Shown: positions 32,613-44,500 of the stretch, in pieces | Layout: every line of letters starts with the position of its first letter | Position numbering within the stretch: the stretch's first letter is position 1 | Source: Nannocystis bainbridge | Lineage (GTDB): Bacteria; Myxococcota_A; Polyangia; Nannocystales; Nannocystaceae | DNA length: 64,000 nucleotides | Direction: 5' to 3' | Assembly: GCF_028368995.1 (NCBI RefSeq) | Contig: NZ_JAQNDL010000005.1 | Coordinates: forward strand, 256,001 to 320,000 | Notes under the pieces: generated by a model | What the model was told of the DNA's origin: nothing | What the model saw: only the letters and a program-made list of their open reading frames with translations | Database searches by the model: none | Made by a program: the position numbers and the translations under genes

Positions 32613-33866
32613 ATGTTGGAAGCCGGCGAGGACACCGTGGATCTCCATGGGCAAGTCGAACGATTGAAGCGGCGCGTCGCCCAGCTCGAGCGCAACGACG
32701 CCATTCACCAAAAGACGATCGAGGCGAGCCCGGACGTCACCTTCCGCTTCGATCCCGAAGCGCTCTGCAACTACGTCTCGCCAGCGATCGCCGATGTCCT
32801 CGGTTACACCCCCGAGGAGCACGTCGGCAGCTCCGGCTTTGCGATCATCCACCCCGACGAGCAGCACCTCGCGCAGCAGCTCCGCGAGCGCCTGCTGCCC
32901 GCGATGCCCGGCACGGGCAGCGACCGCTTCGGGCCGGTCCTGAGCCGGCTCCGGCACAAGGGCGGGCATTTCGTGTGGGTCGAGACCATGGTCGTGATCA
33001 TCCGCGACCCCGACACTGGTGTGGTCCAGGAGTTCGTGCTGACCGCCCGCGACGTCAACGCGCGGGTCGAGGCCGAGGCCGCCCTGCGCGTGAGCGAGGA
33101 GCGGTCCACGGCGATGCTCGACAATCTGCAGGTCGGCGTCGTGGTCCAGGGCGCCCGCAGCGAGATGCTGCGGTACAACGAGATCGCGCTCGACATGCTC
33201 GGCTTGACGGCGGAGCAGATCGAGGGTCGTGATTCGTTTGACTCGCGCTGGGCAGTGATCCACGAGGATGGCTCGCCGATGCCCGGAGACCAACACCCGG
33301 TCGTCGTCGCCATCACCACCGGCAAGCCCGTGCGCGAGGTGGTCATGGGCGTGTATCGCCCCGCCTCCGACTCGCGCGTGTGGCTGCTCGTGTCCGCGAC
33401 CCCCCAGTTCGACAAGTCCGGCCGCGCGTTCCAGACCGTCTGCACGTTCACGAACATCACCGCGCAAAAGCAGGCCGAGGTGCTGATCCGCGAGCAGAAG
33501 GAGCTGCTCGAGCGGATGAGCTCGCCCACCATCCCGATCGCCGCCGGCGTGGTCGTCCTGCCGCTGATCGGTCAGTTCGACGCGGGGCGGGCCGAACGCG
33601 TCCTCGACGGAGTACTGTCCGGAGTCGCGCTGCACACGGCCCGCGTCGTGATCCTCGACATCACCGGTGTCTCGACGGCCGACGCCGCCTTCGCCAGTTC
33701 GCTGTTGCAGATCAGTCGGGCCGTCCGCCTCCTCGGCGCGGAGGTCGTGGTCACCGGTATGACCCCGTCGATCGCGCAGATCCTGGTCGGCCTCGGCATC
33801 GACTTCCGCGGCCTCGTCACCCGCGGCACCCTGCAGGACGGCGTCGCCTTCGCCCTCGGGCGCTGA
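32613..33866 (+). CDS. PAS-PAS-STAS protein (RsbR-like)
   Basis: IIHPDE and PAC motifs; SSPTIPIAAGVVVLPLIGQFDAGRA...ILDITGV...GAEVVVTGM STAS domain. Confidence 0.92.
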   Translation: MLEAGEDTVDLHGQVERLKRRVAQLERNDAIHQKTIEASPDVTFRFDPEALCNYVSPAIADVLGYTPEEHVGSSGFAIIHPDEQHLAQQLRERLLPAMPGTGSDRFGPVLSRLRHKGGHFVWVETMVVIIRDPDTGVVQEFVLTARDVNARVEAEAALRVSEERSTAMLDNLQVGVVVQGARSEMLRYNEIALDMLGLTAEQIEGRDSFDSRWAVIHEDGSPMPGDQHPVVVAITTGKPVREVVMGVYRPASDSRVWLLVSATPQFDKSGRAFQTVCTFTNITAQKQAEVLIREQKELLERMSSPTIPIAAGVVVLPLIGQFDAGRAERVLDGVLSGVALHTARVVILDITGVSTADAAFASSLLQISRAVRLLGAEVVVTGMTPSIAQILVGLGIDFRGLVTRGTLQDGVAFALGR

Positions 33867-33932
33867 GACGTCGCCCTGCGGGCCGCCGCGGAGCGGCGCG
33901 GCCAGGCACCGCGCCGCGAGCGACCGTCGCTG

Positions 33933-35033
33933 TCAATAATGGCAGTGCTCGGAGTCCTCGATCGCGTCGACGAGCGCCTGCGGGTTGGAGAACTGCAGCA
34001 CGTGCACCGCGTCGGGCCCGTAGACCGGCACGAAGCAGCGCGACTTCGAGTCGCCGGTCAGGTGCTCGTACAGGGTCTCGCTCTCCGCGAGCTGGACGTA
34101 GATGTCCTCCTCGTAGGCGATCGCGCGCAGGCGCGTGCCCTTCTCGAACAGCTCGGCCTCGGCGGACGGACGCGAGGTGAACGGCCCGGTCCCGTTGAGC
34201 TGGTGGATCGCTCGCAGCGGCTCGCCGAGCGCGTTGAATCCGCCCGCCTCGATCTCTGCAGGGGTGAGCGCGCCGGGCACGACGTCGTTGTCGCGATTGG
34301 TAAAGTAAAAGGCGGGCCACAGCGATACCGGGATCTCGAACAGCTCGCCATACGCCGGCTCTGTCACCGCGAACGCCTGCAGCAACCCCGACAGGTCCCC
34401 GCTGTCGCCGAGCGCCCACGGGACCTCCGCGGGCAGGTCCGACGCGACCAGGATCGCTTCGCGGATCCCGAACCGCTTGCGCAAGCTGCTGCCCTCGTCG
34501 ACGAGCCGCTGCTGCAGCATCATCACCAGCGTGCCGCCCATGCTGTGGCCGAGGATCGTGCGCGGACGGATCTTGCGATCGTCGAGGCGCTCCAGCACCT
34601 CCTCGATCGCGGTGACGTAGTCGAACAGGTCGAGGTCGCCGAACAGCGCGCCCTGCGGGACGCCGCTGTTGCCGCGCACGGGCATGTCGGTCACCAGCAC
34701 GCACGCGTCCTCGCCGAGCGCGTCGGCGTACGGGCGCCACGAGGCGGCCGCGAACACGCCGCCGTGAACCGCGAAATGACAGTCCTTCGACTTGCTCGGC
34801 TTGTCGAGGGTGCCGTAGAGGTTGACGAAGAGATCGACGGTGACGCCCGGCCGCAGCTGGATGTCCTCGAGCAAGAACCCGGGCGTCCCGTCAGCGCCGA
34901 CGTCGAAATCGATGCCGGAGCCGCCGCCCTTGCGCGCCTCGATGTCGGAATCGGGGGAGATATCCGCGCAACCCGCCACCAGAGCCACGAGGGCGGCGAG
35001 CACACAACGTTCCGCAGGGTCCACGATGTTCAT
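33933..35033 (-). CDS. Alpha/beta-hydrolase lipoprotein
   Basis: Lipobox VAGC; VHG, GHSMGG nucleophile elbow, late D and H. Confidence 0.88.
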   Translation of the reverse strand: MNIVDPAERCVLAALVALVAGCADISPDSDIEARKGGGSGIDFDVGADGTPGFLLEDIQLRPGVTVDLFVNLYGTLDKPSKSKDCHFAVHGGVFAAASWRPYADALGEDACVLVTDMPVRGNSGVPQGALFGDLDLFDYVTAIEEVLERLDDRKIRPRTILGHSMGGTLVMMLQQRLVDEGSSLRKRFGIREAILVASDLPAEVPWALGDSGDLSGLLQAFAVTEPAYGELFEIPVSLWPAFYFTNRDNDVVPGALTPAEIEAGGFNALGEPLRAIHQLNGTGPFTSRPSAEAELFEKGTRLRAIAYEEDIYVQLAESETLYEHLTGDSKSRCFVPVYGPDAVHVLQFSNPQALVDAIEDSEHCHY

Positions 35034-35505
35034 TACATCGGTTATGCCAGCCGCGACCGTTCGTGGGAAGCCGTCGCGAGTGTCTCACACTGTATGTATT
35101 TCGTGCCGGAGAGCGAATGTCTCCACGTGGCGGGTCTGCGCTGAGGGTCGCCTCGATGCGAGCGCAATCGCGGTCGTCTGCGACAGGTCGCAATGTCGTC
35201 ACTCTCACCACGTTCAAGCGGCGGTCCAGAGGCCACAGTCGCTGCTTGCTCACGAGAATCATCAAGAGAGGGTCACGCCGTCCCCGGGCTGCGCCCGAGT
35301 CGAACGAGGGCGTCCCGCTCCTTCAACGAACTGTCATCCATCGAGTACGGGCGGCGTCCCGGGTCCTCGCATGCGCGCCCGGGATCGCCCGTCGCGGGGC
35401 GGTCGTGGGCTCGGCGTCGCCCCCGCTGCCGCTACCTGTCCCCGCGGACATATGTGCATTGTCGTGGGCCAGAACGGCCGCGACGTGCATGCGACCCGTC
35501 GCTCG

Positions 35506-37644
35506 TCACCCCGTCCGCTTCTTCTCGGCCGCGCGCATGCCCTCGACGCGCCACGCGAACTCGAGCTCGAGATCGGCCCCGGCGCCGCCCGACTCGTACG
35601 CGATGCGGCCCTCACGATCGAGGAACCATGTCGTCGGGAAGCTATTCAACCCGGCGCGCTCGCAGTACCCGTCGCTCATCGCCACTCCGAAGCGCTGCGG
35701 GTGCGCGGCCAGCCACGTGCGCACCTCCTCGGCCGAATCGATCGCGTGCACGCTCAGCACCACCACGTCGCGCGCCCGCGCCTGCGCGTCGACGAACGCC
35801 TGCCAGCGCGGCAGCTCCTCCACGCACGGCCCGCAGGTCGTGAACCAAAAATGCAGCACCACCAGCTTGTCGCGCACCGACGCGCTGCTGACGACCTCGC
35901 CGTCGAGCCGGGTGAAGCGGAACTCCGGCGCCGGCTTCGGCGCCGCGGCGATCGCCGCGAACACCTGCTGCCGCCGCGCCTCTCGCACCTGCGCCAGCAG
36001 CTTGGCCGCGTGCCCGTCGAAGCCGCCCAGTTCGCCGTGCGCTCGCTGCCACGCCGCCGTCAGCCCGCGCCAGCACGCGTCCTCGCCCGGCTCGCCCTCG
36101 CTCTCGTCGCTGCAGGCCATCAGCAAACGATCGGCCGCCGCTGCGTCGCCGCGCAGCCGCGCGACCTCGGCCTGCGCCAGCGTGTGATCGTCGCCCTGGC
36201 GGCCGCGCCGGGTCGCCTCCGCCAGCGCTGCCTCGCCATCGGCCAGTCGCCGCTCGCCCAGGCGCACCCGCGCCAGCAGGTCGTAGAGCGCGCCCTCGAG
36301 CCAGCCCTTCAGCCCGTCGAAGCTGTGGCCCCTGGCGTTGGCCGCCGCGAGCTCGCCGGCGACCGCCGCCAGCCCCTCGCGCACCAGCGCCTCCGCGCGC
36401 GCCGGCTCGGCCCCGCGATCGGCCAGCGCTCGCGCGGCAGCGCCGAAGAACTCGAGCTGCTGCCGGTGCACGCGCGGCCGCGTCGCCTCGATCGCCGCCA
36501 CCACCTGCGTCGCCGTCGCGGCCGGGTCGGCGACCGTCGCCGCGAACTGCCGCAGCGCCGCCGCCTCGCGCAGCAGCGGATCGTGATGACGCGGCCGGGC
36601 CAGGAACGCCGCGTCGGCGGCCCGCTGCGCCGCTGCCTCGGCCGCCGTCAGCCGCGCGTGCGCATAAGGACCGCCCCCGAGCGCCTCGTCGCGGGCCGCC
36701 TGCACCGCTTCGGCCGCCGGCGAGTCGGCGAACTCCGCGACCACGCGGGCCTCGAGCGGCTCTGCCAGCGCGTCCTCGCCGATCGAACGGTACGCCTCGG
36801 CCGCCGCCCGCAGCAGCCCCGGTCGCGGGTCCGCGGCCGCCAGCGTCGCCGAGATGTCCTCGAGCACAGCTCGCTTGTTGGCCGCCGTATCACCGGGCTG
36901 CATCGAGAGCAGCTCCCACCGCTGCTGCCGCAGCCGCAACGACCCCGGCGCGCGCTCCAGGCCGCGGTCGACCCACGCCAGCGCCTCGGTCAGCCGCCAC
37001 GCCCGCGCCAGCCCCTCGCCGACCAGCGCCGCCGTCGTCACGAATTCGGGGTCACCCGGCCGGACCGCGTGGGCGTCGGCCAGCGCCTGCGGCACCAGCG
37101 TCGGATCTCCGCGCGCCCCCCCGAGCCGCGCCACCGCCCGCGCCCACGCCGGCGCCTGCGGGTACGCGGCCACCAGCGCCGTCAGCTCGTCGCTGCGGCC
37201 CCACTTCGCCAGCGCCGCCGCGCGCAGCCGCAGCGCGTCGGGGTGGCCCGCCAGCGCCTCGACCAGCGCCGCCGTGTCCGCGAGTCGATCGGCCCGGGCC
37301 GGCGCCGACTCCTCGTACCACACCGCCGCGCGCGCCCACTGGCCCCACGCATCATCTGGCCTTTCGGACACCCACCGATCGGCCAGCGCCGCCGCCTCGA
37401 GGTTGCGCCCCGTCCGCGCCACGCAGGCGAGCCACCACGCCCGCAGCCTGCCGCTGGCAGGGTGATGCTGCAGCTGCGCCTCGCCCTCGGCCGCGCAGCG
37501 CTCCCCCTCGTCCGCGGCCAGCAGCGCCCGCAGCCGGTCGGCCGCGCCCTCGGCCGGATCGTCGACCTGGGCCTCGCGCTCGCGCGCCGGCATCGGAGCC
37601 CGCGACGAGCAGCCGACGAGGCCCAGCGCCAATGCCAGAGACAT
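35506..37644 (-). CDS. Lipoprotein with TPR-like repeats and TlpA-like thioredoxin domain
   Basis: Lipobox LVGC; APEFRFTRLDG...FWFTTCGPCVEELP...SFPTTWFLDREG. Confidence 0.88.
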   Translation of the reverse strand: MSLALALGLVGCSSRAPMPAREREAQVDDPAEGAADRLRALLAADEGERCAAEGEAQLQHHPASGRLRAWWLACVARTGRNLEAAALADRWVSERPDDAWGQWARAAVWYEESAPARADRLADTAALVEALAGHPDALRLRAAALAKWGRSDELTALVAAYPQAPAWARAVARLGGARGDPTLVPQALADAHAVRPGDPEFVTTAALVGEGLARAWRLTEALAWVDRGLERAPGSLRLRQQRWELLSMQPGDTAANKRAVLEDISATLAAADPRPGLLRAAAEAYRSIGEDALAEPLEARVVAEFADSPAAEAVQAARDEALGGGPYAHARLTAAEAAAQRAADAAFLARPRHHDPLLREAAALRQFAATVADPAATATQVVAAIEATRPRVHRQQLEFFGAAARALADRGAEPARAEALVREGLAAVAGELAAANARGHSFDGLKGWLEGALYDLLARVRLGERRLADGEAALAEATRRGRQGDDHTLAQAEVARLRGDAAAADRLLMACSDESEGEPGEDACWRGLTAAWQRAHGELGGFDGHAAKLLAQVREARRQQVFAAIAAAPKPAPEFRFTRLDGEVVSSASVRDKLVVLHFWFTTCGPCVEELPRWQAFVDAQARARDVVVLSVHAIDSAEEVRTWLAAHPQRFGVAMSDGYCERAGLNSFPTTWFLDREGRIAYESGGAGADLELEFAWRVEGMRAAEKKRTG

Positions 37645-38079
37645 GACCCTTCGAACAGGTGTTCTTCGCCGCATCATCCGTCACTCCTCGCCCTGACACC
37701 TCGCGTGCCCCATGGTCTCGTCGCCCGCGAGCGAGCGCTGGCGCCGAGGACATGTCCCTTCGGACAGGTGATCGCCGCGGCGTCACCCGCCCCTCCCGGG
37801 CATGGCGTCGGCCGAGCAACCGCGACGATGGCAGGCCGCTGCATTCCGCCGCTTCACACCGACCCAATGGGAGCCACGCCTCGAGCTCCCTCCCGTCACG
37901 CGCGACCACCCCGGCACTCTACCTCAGTTCGCCGCCGACCACCGCTCGCTCGAGATGTCGAGCCGTCTTGCCGTGCGTGGTCGGTCAGGAGGTCGAGACG
38001 CCGTTGCTCCGCGAGCCCGCCGTCGATCGGCACAGACACGCCGGAGCGGGCGCCCGGCGGGCGATCGCCGTACCGCCGC

Positions 38080-38428
38080 ATGGAAGTCGCGGGCCCACCT
38101 CCGCGGCGTGCGAGCTCGCTGCCCGCGGCCGCGCGCCGCCTCGGCGTCTGCAGCTTCGTGGCGACGCTGCTGCCATGGCTCGGCGCGATCGTCGACCACG
38201 AGGGCCTGCTGGTCCTTTTCGCGGCGATCGCGACGATGCTGTGGCTGGTCGCCGGCATGATGACCTCGAGCGCCTTGGGGCCGCCTCGACGCGCCGCCCG
38301 ATCCCGCCGAGGTCTGCGAGATCGGGCACGCCAAGCTCTGGCTGGTCGCCACCGCGCTCTCGCTCGGGCTGCTGTTCGCGCTCTCCTGGGATTCCCTCGT
38401 CATCGGCCTTCTGCCCGGCGGTCGGTGA
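38080..38428 (+). pseudogene. Small 3-TM membrane protein with +1 frameshift
   Basis: Removing one G from GGGG at 38277-38280 joins ...MMTSSALG to RLDAPPDPAEVCEIGHAKLWLVATALSLGLLFALSW...*. Confidence 0.6.
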
Positions 38429-38925
38429 CCGTCGCTCGTGCGGCCGCGGGCTCCGAGCTCCCGGTCGACACGCAATTCTGGGGACCGCGCATTCGTCCCT
38501 GCATCTCGAATCCGTCGACCCTTCGGCGAGCGCCAGGCTCCGCGGAGTCGAGCCGGCCGCGATCACCCGCGTACGCAGCTCCTCCGAGCACGCCGATCGC
38601 GGCGGCATGACCTGTCTTTCGAGACATGTCAAGATCCGCCTCCGGTCCATCGGCAAACACCACGCGCGTGCTCGACATCACCAGCCGCTCCGGCTCCCCG
38701 GCGCGTGCCTCGCCTCGCCGGCGATCGGACCGCGCGCCCCGGCCTCGCGCCTCACTTATCAAACCTGACCTTTCGAACATGTGACCTGCGCCGCGATCGC
38801 GGCGCGCCCTCCGTCCGCCGCCCGCGCCGGCCGGCGGGCGGGGCGCGGCCGGCTGCTGCTCGCTCGCCACGCGCGGCCAGCCTTGAAAAGGCTCCGATCG
38901 GTTCTATTCCCCTGCGAAAGGAAGG

Positions 38926-41586
38926 ATGGCCAGCGACCGTCGCGACATCGGAGAGCTGCTCGTCGCGTCGGGCGGCGATCCCGACGACCTCCTCGAGTGC
39001 CTCGAGCACAGCGCCGTGGCGATCCACCTCGTCGACCCTTCCGGCGCGATCGTGTGGGTCAACGCCGCCCTGGGCGCCGCCCTCGGCCGCGACCGCGGCG
39101 ACTGCCTCGGCCGTCACGCGGCCGAGCTGCACCTCGACCCACATGTCTTTGCGGACATCTGGGCGCGCCTCGTCGCCGGCGAGTCGGTGCCCCCGCGGCC
39201 CGTCCGCCTGCGCGGCGCCTCCGGCACGTGCGACGTCCTGCTCTCCGCCAGCGCCGCCCGCGACCGCGACGGCGGCCTCCTCGGCGCCCGCTTCTGCGCC
39301 CGCACCCCGCTCGTCGCCTCCGATCCCGGCGCCGCTGCGATCGTCGCTGGCGCCCCGCTGGGCATCGTGCGCGCCCGCCTCGACGGCACCGTGCTGGCCG
39401 TCAACCCGGCCTTCTGCGCCCTGCTCGGCCGCACCGCCGACGAGCTCGTCGGCGACGACCTGTTCGCCCTCACCCACCCTGACGATCGCCAGCTCGATCA
39501 GGACAAATTCGCCCAGCTGTGCGCCGGCCAACTCCGCAGCTACGCCCTCACCCGGCGGCTCCTCCGCGGCGACGGCTCGCCGGTGTGGACGCGGCTGCAC
39601 GCCGCCGTCGTGCGCGACCCCGCCGGCGCGCCCGCGTTCTACTTCGGCCTCGTCGAGGACACCGACGCCGAGCGGCGCGCCGAGGACGAACGCCGCCGGC
39701 GCGAGCGGCAGTACGAGCTGCTCACCCGCCTGTCGCCGGTCGGCATCTTCCTCGGCGAGGCCGCCAGCGAGTGCGTGTTCGTCAACGAGGAGTGGGTGCG
39801 GATCACCGGGCGCACCTTGCCCGAGGTCCGCGGCGGCGGCTGGCGGCGCGCGCTCCACCCCGACGACGCCCTGCGGGTGACCACCGGCTGCCGCCGCGCC
39901 CTCGCCGAAGGCGGCTCCTTCACCGGCGAGTGGCGCATGCTGCGGCCCGACGGCGCCACGGTGTGGGTGCTCGGCCGCTTCGCCGACGTGGCCGACAGCG
40001 CCGGCCGCAGGCTCTACGTCGGCACGATCACCGACATCACCGCCCGCGTCCGCGCCGAGCTCGATCGGGCCCGCCTCGCCGTCATCGTCGAGCACGCCGC
40101 CGACGCCCTGTTCTTGCTCGGCCCCGACGGCACCGTGGCGATCTGGAACCCCGGCGCCGAGAAGCTGCTCGGCCACCCCGGCGCCGAGATCCGCGGGCGC
40201 TTCCTCGGCGACCTCGTGCCCGGCCACGGGCGCGAGATCGAGGCCGCCCTGCGCCGCGTGCTCACCGGTGACGTCGTGCGCGAGCTCGACGCCCAGGTCC
40301 GGCGCGACGACGGCGCTCTGTTCGCCGTCACCGTCACGGCCTGCCCCGTGCACGACCCCGGCGGCGAGGTCTCCGCGATCTCGGTCATCCTCCACGACGT
40401 CACCCCGCTCAAGCGCGTCGAGCAGGCGCTGCGGACCAGCGAGGCCCGGTTCCGCGGGCTCATCGAGGCCAGCGCCCAGATCGTGTGGTCGTCCGAGCCC
40501 GACGGCTCGATCGTCGAGGACTCGCCGTCGTGGCGCGCCTTCACCGGTCAGACCGTCGCCGAGATGCGCGGCTTCGGCTGGCTCGACGCCATCGCCCCTG
40601 ACGAGCGTGAGCGCGTCCGCGACGGCTGGCAGCAGATCCGCAGCGGGCGCGTGACCGGCAGCATCGAGTACCGCCTGCGCCGCGCCGACGGCCGCTATGC
40701 CGTCGCCGAGATCCGCGCCGTGCCGATGTTCGGGCCCGACGGCCAGATCCGCGAGTGGGTCGGCGTGTGCGTCGACGTCACCGACAAGCGGCGCGTCGAG
40801 GCCCAGCGCGAGGCGCTGGTCGCCGACCTGCGCCGCAGCATGCACTACCAGGAGATGTTCATGGCCGTGCTCGGCCACGACCTGCGCAGCCCGCTGTCGG
40901 CGATCCTGATGGCGACCAGCCTCGGCCTGCGGCGCAGCCCCGACGATCGCACCCGCCGCGTCCTGCATCAGATCGCCGGCAGCGGCCAGCGCATGCTGCG
41001 GATGATCGAGCAGCTGCTCGACGTCACCCGGATCCGCGCCGCCGGCGGCCTCGAGGTGCGGCTGGCGCGGACCGACCTCGCCGCGATCTGCCGCATCATC
41101 ATCGACGAGCACCAGCAGGCCAACCCGGCCGCGCGCATCGTCCTCGACGTGCGCGGCGAGACCCGCGGCACCTGGGACGTCGACCGCCTGTCGCAGCTCG
41201 CCTCCAACCTGATCGGCAACGCCATCCAGCACGCCGAGGGCGCCCCCGTGGCGACCGCCCAGGTCGACGGGCGCGACCCCGCGGTCGTCCGCTTCGTCGT
41301 CCACAACCGCGGCGCCATCGCCCCCGAGCTGCTCAGCACGATCTTCGACCCGTTCCACCGCGCCGCCCAGGGCTCGGCCAAGACCGCCGGCCTCGGCCTC
41401 GGCCTCTACATCAGCGAGCAGATCGCCGTGGCTCATGGCGGCTCCGTCGTGGTCGAGTCGACCCGCGCCGGCGGCACCTATTTCCGCGTCGAGCTGCCGC
41501 GTCACCCCAAACCGGCCACGCTGTCGCCCCCGGGTATCCGCGAGAACCACGGCGCGCCGCTGGTGCGCGGGAACGGGGTCGGATGA
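38926..41586 (+). CDS. Multi-PAS sensor histidine kinase
   Basis: About 5 PAS/PAC domains; LGHDLRSPL H-box, NLIGNAIQH, GLGLGLYI. Confidence 0.95.
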   Translation: MASDRRDIGELLVASGGDPDDLLECLEHSAVAIHLVDPSGAIVWVNAALGAALGRDRGDCLGRHAAELHLDPHVFADIWARLVAGESVPPRPVRLRGASGTCDVLLSASAARDRDGGLLGARFCARTPLVASDPGAAAIVAGAPLGIVRARLDGTVLAVNPAFCALLGRTADELVGDDLFALTHPDDRQLDQDKFAQLCAGQLRSYALTRRLLRGDGSPVWTRLHAAVVRDPAGAPAFYFGLVEDTDAERRAEDERRRRERQYELLTRLSPVGIFLGEAASECVFVNEEWVRITGRTLPEVRGGGWRRALHPDDALRVTTGCRRALAEGGSFTGEWRMLRPDGATVWVLGRFADVADSAGRRLYVGTITDITARVRAELDRARLAVIVEHAADALFLLGPDGTVAIWNPGAEKLLGHPGAEIRGRFLGDLVPGHGREIEAALRRVLTGDVVRELDAQVRRDDGALFAVTVTACPVHDPGGEVSAISVILHDVTPLKRVEQALRTSEARFRGLIEASAQIVWSSEPDGSIVEDSPSWRAFTGQTVAEMRGFGWLDAIAPDERERVRDGWQQIRSGRVTGSIEYRLRRADGRYAVAEIRAVPMFGPDGQIREWVGVCVDVTDKRRVEAQREALVADLRRSMHYQEMFMAVLGHDLRSPLSAILMATSLGLRRSPDDRTRRVLHQIAGSGQRMLRMIEQLLDVTRIRAAGGLEVRLARTDLAAICRIIIDEHQQANPAARIVLDVRGETRGTWDVDRLSQLASNLIGNAIQHAEGAPVATAQVDGRDPAVVRFVVHNRGAIAPELLSTIFDPFHRAAQGSAKTAGLGLGLYISEQIAVAHGGSVVVESTRAGGTYFRVELPRHPKPATLSPPGIRENHGAPLVRGNGVG

Positions 41587-44500
41587 GCGGCGGGCCCTCC
41601 GATCCGCCCGGCGCCGGCGGATCCTCGCTGCGTTTGATCGTCGGCCTCGCCCGCGCGATCGCCCAGACGCGCGACGATCCCGCGGCGGTCGCCGAGGTCG
41701 CCACGCGCGCCCTCGTCCACGAATTCGCCGACGGCAGCGCCGTCACCCTCGGGGCCGACCTCGACATCCGCGCCTACGCGCACCGCGATCCCGGCGCCGA
41801 GGAGCTGCTGCGCGACAACTTCGGCGGCATGCCGCTGGGGCTGCTGCCGGCCGGGCGGGTGATCGCCAGCGGTCGCCCGATCTTCCACCCCCAGATGCCG
41901 GCCGAATTCGCCGCCGACCTGTCGCCCGAGCTGCGCGCCTTCGTCCGGCGCTATGAGGTCGCCAGCGTCATCATCGTCCCGATCCGGGCCGAGGACGCCG
42001 TCGTCGGCGCGCTGTCGCTGTGGCGCGAGCATGGGCGCCCGCCGTTCGACGACGACGACCTCGACACCGCCCACGTGTGCGCCGAGCACGTCGGCCTCGC
42101 GCTCGAGCACGCCCTCGTGTTCCGCGCCCTGCGGGACCGCGAGGCCCGCTTCGAGCTGGCCGTGCGGGCCACCCAGGAGGTCCTGTGGGACTGGGACGTC
42201 ACCACCCACGAGGTCCTGTGGGGCGACGCCATGGACGAGACGCTGGCCTGGCCGCGCGACCAGGTGCGGTCGACCTTCGGCTGGTGGGCCGACCACATCC
42301 ACCCCGACGATCGCGCGCGCGTGCTGGCCGAGATCGAGGTCATCATCCGCGACAACGCGGACCGCGAGCGCTGGCAGCTCGAGTACCGGTTCTGCCGCGG
42401 CGACGGCGGCTGGGCCGACATCATCGATCGCGGGTTCGTCCAGCGCGACGATCACGGTCGCCTGCGGCGGCTGGTCGGCGCCATGCAGGACGTGAGCGAT
42501 CGGGTCGCGGTCACCCGGCGGCTGGCCCGGCGCGAGGCCAGCTATCGGGCCTTCATCGCCGCCTGCGACGAGGCCATCTGGTGCCTCGAGGGCGACGAGC
42601 CGGTCGCCACCGAATTGCCCGCCGACGCCCAGATCGACCTGTGGTACGCCCGCTGGCAGATCCGCGAGTGCAACGACGCCATGGCCCGCCTGCACGGCTA
42701 CGAGCGGGCCGACGAGCTGCGCGGCGCCGACATGGGCCTGGTGTTCCCGCGCGACGACCCGCGCCTGTGCGAGCTCCACCGCGCCTTCATCGCCCGCGGC
42801 CACCGCCTCGTCGACTTCGAGCTCGTCGAGCCCGATCGCGGCGGCGGCGAGCGGCGCTCCCTCTGCTCGCTGCTCGGCACCGTCGACGACGGCCGCCTGC
42901 ACCGCGTCTGGGGCACCCGGCGCGACGTCACCGCCCTGCTCCGCCAGGCCACCGGGCTGACCCGCGACCGGCCCGCACGCGCGCAGACCGACCCGCGCGC
43001 CGAGGACCTGCCCGGGCTCCTGCGCGCCGGCCAGCTCGGCACCTGGAGCCTCGATCCCGGCACCGACGTCCCCGTGCTGTCGCGCGAGCTCGCCGACATC
43101 CTCGGCCGACCGCCCGAAGGCGACGCCGACCCGTGGGCGGCCGTCCACCCCGAGGACCGCGCCCGCGTGCGGGCCGAGCTGCACGCCGCCGCCGCGGCCC
43201 GGGGCGACTACGCGATCGAGTTCCGCTTCGTCCGCGCCGACACCGGCGCGCTCGGGTGGATGGAGGTCCGCGGCCGCGCCTCGCACGACGCGTCTGGTCG
43301 CGCCACCGCGATCCATGGGATAGGTATCGACATCACCCGCCGCAAGCAGGTCGAGCTCGACCTGCGGGACAGCGAGCAACTGTTCGCGCGGGCCTTCGGC
43401 AAGAACCCCAACCCGATGACCGTCAACGCGATCCCCGGCGGCGAGTACCTCGAGGTCAACGAGGCCGCCATCCGCGCCCACGGGTTCTCGCGCGAGGAGA
43501 TGCTCGGCAAGTCCCCGCGCCAGCTCGGCGTGCTCGTCGACGCCGACGACATCGACCGCTTCGACCGCCTGCTCGGCCAGCGCCACCCCGTCCGCGACCT
43601 CGAGATGCGGCTGCGCAGCAAGGCCGGCCGGGCCTTCAGCGTGCTCATGTCGGCCGAGCGCATCGAGTACCGCCAGCGCCCCTGCGTCCTCACCGTCGCC
43701 GTCGACGTCAGCGCCCGCAAGCGGGCCGAGTGGGCCCTGCTCGAGAGCGAGGAGCGCTTCCGCCAGATCGCCGCCACCATCGACGAGGCGTTCTGGTTGA
43801 TGGAGTTCTCGCCGTACTGGCGCTTCGTCTACGTCAGCCCCGGCTGGGAGCACGCCTGGCGCCGCGCCCCCGAGGACCTCTACGGCGACCCTACCCTGTG
43901 GACCCGCGCGATCCACCCCGACGACCGCGTCGCCGCCGAGAGCTCGCAGCGCGACCTCGTCACTGGCGCGGTCGACTTCCGCGACCTCGAGTACCGCGTC
44001 GTCCGCCCCGACGGCGCCGTGCGGTGGATCCGCGACCGCGGCACCCTCATCCGCGACGCCAGCGGGCGCCCGTGGCGGGCCGCCGGCATCGCCGAGGACA
44101 TCACCGAGCGCAAGCTGGCCGAGCGCGAGCGCGAGCGGCTGGTGTCCGACCTGCAGGTCGCGATCGCCGTGCGCGACGATTTCCTCTCGGTCGCCTCGCA
44201 CGAGCTGCGGACCCCGCTCACCGCGCTCGGCTTCCACCTCGAGCATTTGGTGCGGCTGGTCGCGCGCGGCGAACACGACCCCGAGGTGCTCGGCCGCAAG
44301 GTCGACGGCGCGATCCGGCAGATCGGGCGGGTCACCGCGCTGGTCGACAGCCTGATCCACGTCAGCCGCATGAGCCTCGGCCGGCTCTCGCTCGACCTCA
44401 CCGAGTTCGACCTCGTCGACCTCGTGCGCGACCTCGTGGCCCGCATCGGCCCCGACGCCCAGCGGGCCCGCTGCGACGTCCGCGTCGACGTGCCCGCCGA

